64,000 nucleotides of DNA. It comes from Salpingoeca rosetta (lineage: Eukaryota > Protista > Choanoflagellata). Below are positions 13,201 to 29,541 of the stretch, piece after piece; within the stretch, counting starts at the first letter, position 1, and every line of letters starts with the position of its first letter. A program made the translations under genes and the position numbers. The notes below the pieces were generated by a model. It had not been told where the DNA came from and did not search any database. It saw only the letters and a list, made by a program, of their open reading frames with translations. Location of the stretch: contig JAWQFM010000021.1 of the NCBI GenBank assembly GCA_033442325.1, forward strand, positions 76,290 through 140,289. The letters run 5' to 3'.

Positions 13201-16200
13201 TCTCCACCTCCTCACCACTCAAGTCCGTGTCCTCGCTGCCGTTCACGACCGAGGCCATCACGTCGTCGGCCGTCGTGCCGCTGTGCGCCTCGGATCCGAG
13301 TGCCGACGTGCTCTATCAGGACGTGGTGCTGGTGCTGGACAGCTCCGCGAGTCTTCTTGAGGAAGGGTGGGCGGCTGTCGCAGAGTTTGGTGCCTTGTTC
13401 CTGGAGGCGTTCCCCTCGGACACGACGCACGCGCGCGTGGCCGTGGTCGTGTTCTCCACCCGCGCATCGCTGGTTGCGGACTTTGATGACTACCTCGGTG
13501 ATCTGCGTGGCCTCGCGTCTGTTGTGGAGACGCTTCCCTTTGAGAACGGCGCTACAGCCACAGACAGGGCGCTCAAGTTTGTGCGGGAGAGGCTCGTGAC
13601 TGCAACGGGTGTGGGCCGCCGGTCGAATGTGGGGTCGGTTGTGATCACGGTGACGGATGGTGAGCCGAGCGCACTGCAGGAAGACGTGCAGCAGCGTGTG
13701 GATGAGCTGGTTGCCGTTGGCGCGCAGCTATATGCAGTTGGTGCCGGCGACCTGGTGTCGGACAGCACGCTGAACTTGCTGGGCCCCGACGGCGTCCACC
13801 ACGTTGATGATGTGAACCACCTGCAGGATTTGGTGTTCAACAGCGACTTTGACGCGATGCTGTGTGGTGTTGTCGATGTTGGCACGAGCACGACCACCAC
13901 GACCACCACGATCAGCTCGACATCAACGTCAACATCAACGTCGTCTTCCACTTCCTCTTACACATCAACGTCAACATCAACGTCGTCTTCCACTTCCTCT
14001 TACACGTCAACCTCCACCTCGACCTCTTCTTCCACTTCCTCCTACACGTCGACATTCTCGTCCACCTCCTCGTCTTCATCAAGCTCCACCTTCTCCTCCA
14101 CCTCGTCTTCCACTTCCTCCTCCACATCCTCGACCACGACAACTGACGCGTGGCCAACCAGTGCGCCGTCCACATCGTCATCGTCTTCGACTTCGTCTTC
14201 GACGTCATCGTCTGTCTCGACCACAACGACGACAATCACAACCGGTGTACCTGGGTCGACATCGTCGTCTTCATCCACATCATCATCCACATCATCATCC
14301 ACATCATCGTCGTTGTCGACTGCGACGCAGGGCGACGCACCCTCCACTTCATCATCGTCATCGTCCTCCACTTCGTCGTCGACGTCCTCAACGACTGAAA
14401 CGCCAAGCTTCCCGTCGACCTCATCTTCGTCATCGTCGTCCACATCATCCACATTCACGCCACCAACCACATCCTCGTCCTCATCCACATCGTCATCGAC
14501 ATCAACGACGCTGTCGACTTCGACATCGTCGTCCACCTCCACTTCCACCAGTGGTGTCATCTCATTCTCTGCCAGCAGCACGTCCACGTCCACATCATCT
14601 TCGTCGTCGACATCATCGTCGTCGTCAACCTCTCTCAGCACGTCAACCTCTACCTCCTCTTCGACGTCCACCTCGCAGACCACGTCCACATCATCGTCCA
14701 CAACATCATCAACCTCCTCATCCACGTCGTCTTCGATCTCATCGTCCACTTCAAGCACAACCTCAAGCTCGACATCAAGTTCGACGAGTACGTCCACATC
14801 ATCATCTTCGTCTTCTTCGACCACCACGTCGACTTCGACGTCTACAACGTCCTCTTCATCCACATCCACATCCACGTCCACATCCACATCCACATCCACA
14901 TCGTCTTCGTCTTCGTCTTCGTCTTCCTCCAGCACATCCACGTCCACTTCCACGTCGTCCTCTTCCTCCACCACAACGTCCACATCCACATCATCGTCCT
15001 CATCAACATCAACCTCCACGTCATCTTCGTCTTCCTCCAGCACATCCACGTCCACTTCCACGTCGTCCTCTTCTTCCACGACCACATCCACATCCACGTC
15101 CACTTCCACATCCACGTCCACATCGACATCTGTCACGACGACAACGCCCGAGGTGCCGTTTGCCTCTGCTGGGCGACAGCTGAGCTTTGAGGCTGCTGAT
15201 GGTCCGGCTTCAGACTCGTGGCAACTCGACACAAATGCGCGCGTGGTGGATGTGAGTGGCGGCCTGTGCACGCTGGTGCAGTGCAATGCGACAGACAGCA
15301 CGCTGCTGCCGCCCGGTGATGGCACGGCGGCGCTGCTGTTCAGCGGAGCAGGGCAGGCCCAGCGCAGCGTTCGCGTGGTCTTTGACGGCCGAACGCTGGT
15401 GAGTGTGCGGTTTGCGCTTGGCTGGCCACTCGGTGCGCCATTACCAGACTCGCTGTGGGTGACCGTGGCGGTGGTGTCGCACACGAGCACAGCAGGGCCC
15501 GTGACGGCCCTGCCTTCCCAGCAACGCATTCGTCCGATGGAGCTGCCACTGCTGCACGAAGGCAGCATGGCTGAGGCTGAGGCGCTGCTTGTGGTGGATG
15601 CCCCTGATGGTGCCGGTGTGACCAGTGTCGACCTTGCGCTGACGCTGGCGACCAACGCCACGTCACCCAGCGACAGGCTGCTGTTTGACAATGTCGCGGT
15701 GAGCGTGAGTAGCTTCACATACGACACGCTTGTTGATCTGAACGGCCCTGCGCCCGGCTTGGACGCCGAGGCCGCGTACAGGCGAGGCGAGACGCCCTCG
15801 TTTGTGTGCCCGTACGCGCGCGTGTTTGACTTGGGCACGGGTCGCCCAACGACGCTGCTGCTGCAGCTGGATGACGGCGCAACGCAGGAACAGGTGCTGT
15901 CGGCGTCACGCGTGCCCGGGTCCTCGCTGACGTACTTTGAGGGCGTGCTGCTCATCACAGCAGACTCCACACCGGCATACGCGGGGGCGCTGCGAACGGC
16001 AAGCTTCCTCGACACGGACGTGGACGGCACGAATGTGCAGCTGCTGGATGTGGGCGTGAGCCTGACGCCCGTCTCTGCGCCCGCGGCCGTGCACCTGCGC
16101 GTGCTGCCCGAGTGCTCGCTGGACCCGGACTGCGTTGTGCCAAACGCGTGTGACGCGAGCCCGTGCGCCAACGGCGGGACGTGCATTGCCAATGCGACAG

Positions 16201-18614
16201 ATCCAACCCTGTTCACGTGCAACTGCACGTCTGCGTTTGAAGGCCCCACCTGTGAGATGCCGCGCGACACGGACTGTGAGGTGTATGCGGATGCGTGCCT
16301 GAACGGAGGGACCTGCGTGAACCTTGCTGGCCTCGACAACTACACGTGTGCGTGCCGGCCTGGCTTTGAAGGCGACGACTGCGGCGTGAACATTGACGAG
16401 TGCGACACCATGCCGTGCGCCAACGGAGGCACGTGCTACGATGGCGAGAATCGGCGCTATTGCCTCTGCCCGCTCGGGTTTGATGGTGAGAGCTGTGAGC
16501 TTGAACTGTGCGAGCCTGTGAACTGCGATGAGGACGGGCAGATTTGCATTCCCGACGACAACGTCGTCACCACAGACCGCGATGGCAACATCATCTTCAA
16601 CCCAGACATTGACTCCTCGCCCTGCGGAACCTTCAAGTCATGCCAGGTGTGTGTGTGTGTGTGTGTGTGTTCTTTTGTATGTGTGTGTGTTCTTTTGTAT
16701 GTGTGTGTGTTCTTTTGTATGTGTGTGTTCTTTGCTATGGGTGCTTGTGTATGTGCGTGTGCTGTGCCTTTGCGTGTGCTGTGCGTGCCCACTCTTCCAA
16801 CTTGCGTGCATGCATGCACACGTTCGCGTATGCGCTCGTCTCATCCCATCGTTTGTGACGTGACTGCGCGTGACTTGAGCAGGAGGGTGTGTGCTGCTTT
16901 GCACCGGAGTTTTGCACGCTGAACAGCACGGTGCTGGCGCTGCTGACCAACGAGACCGTCACAGCAGCGGCCGTGCCTGCACCACAAGGCCACGGCGTGT
17001 ATGACCTGGCGACCGTCGGCGCCGTGTCTACGGTTGACCTTGTGGGCAATGTGGACGGGTACCTGCTGCGACGTCAGGGCACGTTGTACATCACCTTCCG
17101 GCCGGCGTCAGCGAGCGCGAGCGGCGAGCTGCTGCGGCTGCAGATGACCTCCTCCGATGTGCTGCTGTCTGTGCTGGTGTCCACATACATCCTGACGGTG
17201 CGGGTGGAGGACACGGCATCTGCGCAGCTGTACGACGAGGTTGCCTCATCACTTGAGGACCGCTGGTACATGCTCATGGTCGTGGTGAACGACACGCGTG
17301 TGGACGTGCACCTGAACAAGCAGCTGTTTGACTCCTTTGACATCGCGCAGCCGCTCCCCGCTGGCGCCGATGGTGACGCCGCCTTCACCCTTGGTCGCAG
17401 GTCGTCGTCGTCACTCGCTGCGTACGTGTACGCGCCGAGTGCACGCTTTGTAAATGGCGGCGCAGCGCAGCGGGACCTGGCACCTCTGGATCTGTTGGGG
17501 ATGGGGGATGGCCGTGGTGGCTTGTCTGCAGTAAACGGCGTGTTTACCTTCACGGCAAATGAGAGTCAGTACCTGCAATTTGATGACCCGCCACTCGTCA
17601 CCGACGTTCTCACCATCGTCGCCACAGGTGCGTATTTTTATGTGTGTGTGTGTGTGTGTGTAAATAGGGGGGTTGTTTGTTCGCTTGCTTGTTTGTTCGC
17701 TTGCTTATTTGTTCGCTTGCTTGTTTGTTCGCTTGCTTGTTTGTTTGTTTGTTTGTTTGTTTGTGTGTTTGCTTGTTTGTTTGTTTGTTTGTTTGCTTGC
17801 TTGTTTGTTTGCTTGTTTGTTTGCTTGTTTGTTTGTTTGTTTGTTTGTTTGTTTGTTTGTTTGCTTGCTTGCTTGTTTGTTTGTTCGTGGATGTCGCTGT
17901 GAATCACGAGTTACCTCATTCGTGTTGTGGGATGAGTTTTCACCTTGATTCCAGTCAGCCATCGTGATTGTGCCGCAGTCTGCGACTCACACTCGTTCTT
18001 TGTCCTTGACGCTGTTTTTGTTTCGCAGTGGAGCAAGAAGCAAACAACAACGGCTACTTGCTAGCGAAACACGCGAGTGACGACGATCGCAGGCTCTATT
18101 CGCTCTACTACTCGGCCACAAGGCAAAGGTGTGTGTGTGTGTGTGTGTGCATTTGCCGTCATCGCCGCTGTTTATCTTCGTTGCCTTGGCACAACGTGCC
18201 GACAACCCTTGAGTTCTTTGTCCACCAGTCCACCCCCATCCCTCCCTCGGCAAATTGCTCACTTTGTGTCTCACATGTACCCTTGGGATTCTTGTGTCTT
18301 CTTGATATTGGTGTTGCAGCATATGCGTGTACTACTCGGATGCGAGCAAGGCGGTACGAAGCCGGTGCCTGGCATATGTCAACGATGGCGGTCGCCACGA
18401 GCTCGTGGTGAGCATGACGGCGTCAACCATCATGCTGAGTGTCGATGGCACCGTGACGGGCATGCTTGACGTGATCGACCCGCTGGTTGACGCGGCAGGC
18501 ACGCTGTATGCGGGCCGTCGGTTTGGCGCCTCTTCCCCGCCCTTTGCCTTTGAGGGCACCATGCATGAGCTTCGCGTGCACTATTCAGGATCATCGGACC
18601 CGTCTTCGTTCTAG
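4231..18614 (+). CDS. Giant secreted Ser/Thr-rich mucin-like protein with 2x VWA, 3x EGF and C-terminal LamG/TSPN-like domains (~4,370 aa)
   Basis: Exons 4231-4405 (hydrophobic signal LITALLLSLCWQAALL..AAA), 4840-16646, 16883-17627, 18029-18128 and 18320-18614 have compatible phases. It contains thousands of S/T/D/E residues, two VWA domains with a MIDAS motif (DVVLVLDSSAS, TATDRAL, VITVTDG), three EGFs (CANGGTC, CLNGGTC, CANGGTC) and LamG-like beta domains. No TM segment is seen. One in-frame TGA lies at 5811-5813, and intron 1 contains an N gap. Confidence 0.75.
4478..4577. other. Assembly gap (100 N)
   Basis: Run of N characters. Confidence 1.
5421..6172 (+). repeat. Near-perfect tandem duplication with a 402-bp period in the mucin repeat region
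   Basis: 5421-5770 matches 5823-6172; the identical alternate-frame ORFs at 5461 and 5863 confirm this. The junction 5771-5822 is degenerate. Confidence 0.9.
9961..10350 (+). repeat. 114-bp (38-aa) coding tandem repeat, ~3.5 copies
   Basis: Unit TPVPTTEEQLPSTDNADDLLFTSTDQGVTSTSTSTSTS recurs at 9961, 10075, 10189 and 10303. Confidence 0.9.
12630..13800 (+). repeat. Duplicated VWA-domain coding segments (offset 687 bp)
   Basis: 12711-12885 is essentially identical to 13398-13572, and the flanks are highly similar. Confidence 0.9.
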
Positions 18615-18615
18615 G

Positions 18616-18722
<107 letters not shown>

Positions 18723-19525
18723 TGTGTGTGTGTGTGTGTGTGTGTGTACAGCAACATGTTTACACGAACAGAGAAAGGGGATGAAAGAGAGAGTGTGTGT
18801 AAGTGCTGTGTTGGGTGGGGAAAAGGGAGGTGAAAGAGAGCTTGTGTGGGGTGGGATGAGAGAGTGAGCGATGTTCTTGTTTCTGCTTGGGTGAGGGACC
18901 CTGTGAATGACATGTACTTACCTTGCACTTGAGCACTCTTCTTCTTCTGTTTGTTGTCCTGTCTGTGAAGTGAATTCATCGCGTGGTGTGATGCCACGCT
19001 GTTCAGAGAGGCTGCTCGTTGATGCCTCGTGTTTGTCTGTTTGCCTTTTGTTTTGTGCTGAATTTTATGTTAACCAACCCTCAACTCCCTTGCTTGAGAG
19101 TGCCAATGAACTGCTGAACCCGAATGCGGTGCTTGCATGCAAGCAACAAGCAAAGAGAGGGAGGGTGGAGATAGGGAGATAAGGAGATGGAGCGAGAGAA
19201 TCAGAAAAGGTAGAGTAGAAGAGTACTAAGAGTAGAAGCTGAGAAGACCAGAAGAGAGAGGGGGGTGTTGTGTTGTGTGAAGTGGCAGCGCCAAAAGCAG
19301 ATCGTCTCGACTGTCAGCACCATGGAAAAATAGTGGAAGACATGGCAAAGAACGTTCAGGCGGCCCCAAAATGGCTCTTTGTCTCCATTTTCACATCAGC
19401 CAAGGTGTTACCGCGTGGTTGAGAGAAAAGCACACACACACGTTGTTCTTTGCGAGAAGCAATCAAGACACATCCACCTCCTCCCCCCCCCCCGCCCAAA
19501 GCTTCCCGTCGATCCATCTGCCATC

Positions 19526-24084
<4,559 letters not shown>

Positions 24085-24917
24085 GCAAGACGCCACCGGC
24101 ACCGCCACGAGTAGTACACGCTGGCATCGCCACCATGATGATACGGCACCATGACGCGCTGTGAGCCGTGTTGGAGCGTGTGTTGAGGCTGGTATTTTCG
24201 GTTCTGTGTTGTGCGCTCTGGTGCCGTGAATGACGTTCAGCAAAACTTTGAATTCTATGTCTGTTCGCGTTGTCCTCCCATGTTGTTGGTGCTGTTGTTG
24301 TGCTTTTCTTTCCTACAACGTAGCTGGCTGTGGTCTAACACGTGTGTGTTTAGTTTGTCTGGTTGTCGTTTTCTGTTTCCTAAGGGGTGATGATGATGAG
24401 GTTTTTGGTCGCTCAGATGTTGCATGTCGGTGATTGTGCTCGTGTCTATGTAGTTGTCGGTTCGCTTCCTTTCTCTCACTCTTCTCTTCTTCCCTTCCCT
24501 CTCCATTCACATCTCGTGTTTTTCCTCCTCTCTTCTTCTCTCTCGTGTTGCGCGATGCACTGTCATCGCTGCACCCGCTCTTCCTCCCTCCCCCAGCCGG
24601 TTGTGCCGCTGCTGCGTGGGACCAGGGTGTGCGCACGTGTGTGTATGTGTGCATGTGCAAGAGCTGTCGGTCCTTGGGTCGGTTCGTTTATTCGATTAAT
24701 GATGGTGACAGCGTGCACACGTGGAGACGCCAGCAACAAATACAACAAATTCACAAGAGCTGACAATCCGAAGAGAGAGAGAGTGTGTGTGTGTGTGTAT
24801 GTCTGTGTCTTTGTGTGTGTGTGTGTGTGTGTCTGTGTGTGTGTGTCTGTGTGTGTGTGTGTGTCTCTGTGTGTGTGTGTGTGTGTGCGTGCGTGCGTGC
24901 GTGGTCGCTACGCCGCA

Positions 24918-25018
24918 TCACAGGTGCAAGTGCTGGGGTGGCACGACACGGTGTGCGAGCTGTTCATCATCAAACCGCCAGTGCTCATCTGAGAACGGCG
25001 AGTCATCATCATCATCAG

Positions 25019-25049
<31 letters not shown>

Positions 25050-25750
25050 AGCAGCAGTGTTGCCATGGTCTTCACGGTCCTCCTCTGGAAGCATCACCAT
25101 CTCAATCGCCTGATGCTGTCGATCATGCACCGGTTCTTCTGCAGTGGACGGGTCTGCATCAGGCGCGGGTGCCTTGTGTTGCTGCAGCCGTTGCTGCTGC
25201 TGCTGCCGTTGCTGCTGCCGTTGATGTGGTTGACACTTTGGTTGCTTTGCAGGCGGTGTGCCATCATCACCATTGCCATCATCACCGCTACTGCCGTGCT
25301 TCCTGCTTCTGCTGCGTGCAAAGTAGTGGCTGAGCTGACGCGTTTCCGGGCGCTTGCGCATATTTGTCGCCACCAGGGACACTGGTGACATTGACATTGC
25401 GAGGAGAACATTGACGCTGCGTGAGGTGCTGGACACCACAACCGTATGGGGCAGCTACATGTAATCATACGCAGCCACAAGCACGAAACACGCACAACAT
25501 ACGCAAAACACACACCAAACACACAACAAACACACACACATGCACATGCACCTCGTGTGATGAGCTGTGTTGGGTCCTTGATGAGGTAGCGCAGCAGAGA
25601 CCACGCAGTCTTGGCGAGCTTGGTCGCGTTGCCTGCAAGCTCGCTCTCATCCATGACTCGACCGAGGGACACGGACGACGGAAAGGCAACACTCCGCGCA
25701 ACTTCAGAGGCAACCTCATGACGCCTGCAGCATACATGGTGCGCGAGTGC

Positions 25751-25809
<59 letters not shown>

Positions 25810-28381
25810 GGGGCTGAGGTGAATGGCATGGACACAATACGCGCACAACATTGGGTTCGACACACATACACAAGCACACAAGCACACAAGCACACGCACG
25901 CACGCACGCATGCACACAAGCACACACACACACGAACGCACGCACGCACGCACGCACAAGCACACATACACACACACACAAGCACACACACACACACGAA
26001 CGCACGCACGCACACAAATGCGCTCAACGGAACACAAAGAGCTGGTGTCATCACACAATCTACCTGCAGTGTAATGTGAGTGTTCGTGGCACTTGTGATG
26101 GAAACTCCTGAATGCGTTCCAACAGCTCAACCGACATGTCCTGTTGGTACACGTATGCGCGTGGGTGTGATGATGAGAAACAACGTCGTTAACGTGAGCG
26201 ACTGAAAACAAGTCGGCAAACAAACCCTGACAACAACAACGAATACGACAACGAGCAACGCTGTACCACCAGAAACGTGCAGCGAAATAACCTGGAAGAA
26301 GCGCATGAGGACGTCTCGGCACTCGATGGTGACCGGGTTCAACATCTGACAACGGTGGCATCAATGTCACAATCGAAATGAAGCGAGTGAGAATGGCGCG
26401 AGGCGCAACCAACAAGTTACATACATACACATACACATACATGCACATACACATGCACATACACATGCACATACACGCATGCTCATACGCACGCACTTAC
26501 ACATACACATACACATACACAAACACATACACATACACATACACAAACACATACACATGCACATGCACATGCACACACACATACACATACACATGCACAT
26601 GCACATGCACATGCACATGCACATGCACATACACACATACACCTTTCCAGTGGGGTTACCCAGCTCGTCATACTCGAGCTTTGCAACCGGGGTAAGGGAG
26701 CTGTGTGTTCCATAACTCTTCGGTGGCCCTTGGCGCGTGACGTGGCGGTGGTCGCGGCCAAAGCACCACTCCAGCACACGCGCCGCCTCGCTCGCCTCCA
26801 CACGCAGCAGGTTGGCTGAGAACACAACGGTCGCAGCACGAGACCAACTACAAGCGTGAGCAGCACACACGCACGCGCAAACAAACATACACAAACGTAC
26901 AGACATAAACTCACACACACACACACTTACACAAACGTACAGACATAAACTCACACACACACACATGCATGCATGCATGCGCACGCATACAAACACACGC
27001 ATGTACGCAAGCGTTCACGTGCACATATGCACGCCCACGCATGTACGCAAACTCACATACATACATACATACATACATACATACATACATACATACATAC
27101 ATACATACATACATACATACATACATACATACATACATACATACATACATACATACATGCATGCACACATACATACATACATACATACATACATACATAC
27201 ATACATACGCACCGATTTCGGGCTGAGAGAGACGCTGCAAGGCAGCGGCACTGGCAATGTTGGCTTGTTGCAAGAGTTGTTTCTTGGGCCCGAGTCCAGG
27301 AAGCTTCCAAGGTGGTGTGGATTGAAGTACCCGTGTAGCATCCGCAGTTGTTCGGAGGCAGACGATGCCAAACGGCTTGGCCTGGCACGAGGCAAGCTTC
27401 GCCAGCAGCATGTTGTGAGCCACGCCAACAGAGACGCGGTACCCCGTGAGGGAATAGCAGGCGCGCTGCACCGCTTTGGCCACGCGTAGTGCCGTCGAAG
27501 TGTCGCTTGTCCCCAGCTTAATGTACGCCTCGTCGATGCTGGCCACTTGCAGCAGGTCCTGTTTTGTCAGACCGCTCCGTATTGCGTCCATGACTTGCTT
27601 TGATGCACGTCGATACGGGCGGTATGACACTCGCCCCGACAACCTCTCTGCTCGAAACGTCAGCAGGCGCACGTTGCGTTGCATGGCGTGAAACGAAAGC
27701 GGGACAGGATGCGTGCAATCCAACGCACATACGCAGGCAACCCGCAGTGCACACGGTAGTGCACACACACACACACAGTGTACACACGCACAGTGTACAC
27801 ACACACAGTACACATAGTAATGCACACGCACAGTGTACACACACACAGTGTACACAGTGTACACAGCGTACACACACACATACATAGAGTACGCACATGA
27901 AACCATACATACACAGTGCACGGACAGTCAACGCACCCGTGAAGACGTGAAGAACATGGCCTCCACGCGGGAGAAGGACCCGTCTTGCTTGGCGTGGTGT
28001 CATGTGCTTGTAGACGCCCAGCCTGCGAGCGGCGTGCGAAACAGCAATAATGTCCTGGTGCTGCTGCACGCATACTGGCGTGTGACACGTCAACATCTGC
28101 GCCTGCTCGTGGTTGTGGCGATCGGCGCCATGCTTCGCTGCTTTCTCCCGATCCGCTTCCTCCTCCTCAACCACCACTGCACGGAATCTCGCGTGCGACT
28201 CGTCACCTTCGTCCTGTACATATCGCAGTCGCTTCTGGTACTGCCGTTGCTGCCGTTGCTGCCGCAGTTGTTGTTGTTGTTGTTGTTGTTGCTGCTGCTG
28301 GTGGTGCTGCTGGCGGTGGTTTCGGCGTGCCACCTCCACCTGGCAGAAGAACGCGTCCACATCGACGTGCAGCACCGACAT
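24918..28381 (-). CDS. Y-family translesion DNA polymerase, pol eta-like (multi-exon)
   Basis: Motifs [13 protein letters not shown] (Phe steric gate), [51 protein letters not shown] and GPPKSYG. A PIP-like TRQLSHYF lies in the last exon. Internal 3' exon boundaries are approximate. Confidence 0.88.
27057..27207. repeat. (CATA)n tetranucleotide microsatellite, intronic
   Basis: Direct inspection; lies in a polymerase intron. Confidence 0.95.
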
Positions 28382-28494
28382 TGTGTCCGCTTGTGTGCAA
28401 GCAACAAGCAAGTCGTGCGATAGTCTTCTTCTTGTTCCAACAAGCCGAGTCCTTCGTGCATTAATAATCTTGTGGTGTCGGAATAACCCACGCA
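28382..28494. promoter_or_regulatory. Putative bidirectional promoter between pol eta-like and ankyrin-Ig genes
   Basis: Divergent predicted ATGs separated by 113 bp, with an AT-rich core (cattaataatc). Confidence 0.45.
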
Positions 28495-29507
28495 ATGGCG
28501 GGCCGGAACAGCAAGGTGCGCTGTGTGTTGCCTGGCTGCGATTGAGCCGCGAGCAGTGTGGCACTGGCTGGATGGTTGGCTTGACATGAGACATGACACT
28601 GGCGCTGCCTTTTGGCGGTGGCTGCTGGCACTCGCACATGCACCTGCCCTCTTGTGCGTGTCGACATGCCTACACGTGCCCTCGTTGTCACCCCCACCTG
28701 CCACAACAGCAGCACTCACAACTGCCACAACGACACTCACATGTACAACATAACATGTACAACAACTGTTGTGTTGCACTGTGCACGGCACAGCCGCGTG
28801 CGCTCAAGGAGCTTGAGTTTGACCACCCAGGTGTCAAGAACCAAGACCTTGGAAGCGTCGATGCAAGGTCAGCTCACATGTCTTGGAAACGTGCGCATGT
28901 TCACCTCTGCCACGCATCCATGTTGCCCACCACACACTGCGTTTTCACCACATCGCGCCCAAACCACCACCTCACACGCGTTTGCATGCCCTTGCAGTGA
29001 CCGAGAGCAGCGCAAGCTGCAGCAGGCCTTGGCACTGATTGCCAAGAAGGAGAGGGCATCCATGCCACCAAAGTCCCAGGTTGGTGCTTGTACTCTCTCG
29101 TGGTGCTTCGACAGACACGCACGCATGCAATGTTCAAGTTGATGTTTTGGAGGGGAAACGCCGAGATGCGGGGGTTTGTCGAGCTTATCGCCTGCGCAAT
29201 ACTGCCTGCGCAGCGTGCCACCTGTGTGGAGGCTCACCAATGCCCTGCCTGTCACGTTACTAATTTAGAGCGAGACACCTGCCAGCAAGCCCAAGGATGG
29301 GACCAAGGACACCAGCTCGACACAGGCCGCCTCGACAACAGCGCAAGAGCCCTCATCAAAGAAGCAGCCGGTCAAAGCAAAGCGCAAGACAGCTGCCCCG
29401 AAGAAGGTCAACAAGAAGCCCGCCAAGAAGCCCGCCAAAAAGGCAGTCACGCCATCCACCATCAACAAACGCAACCAGTGAGTCGCTCGCCCTTGCATCG
29501 TGTGTGT

Positions 29508-29541
<34 letters not shown>

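Noticed and set aside
4744-16339. Long minus-strand ORFs (529, 1441, 765 aa) rich in V/D/E or W/M
   Set aside because: Antisense shadows of the Ser/Thr codon-rich mucin; no domains.
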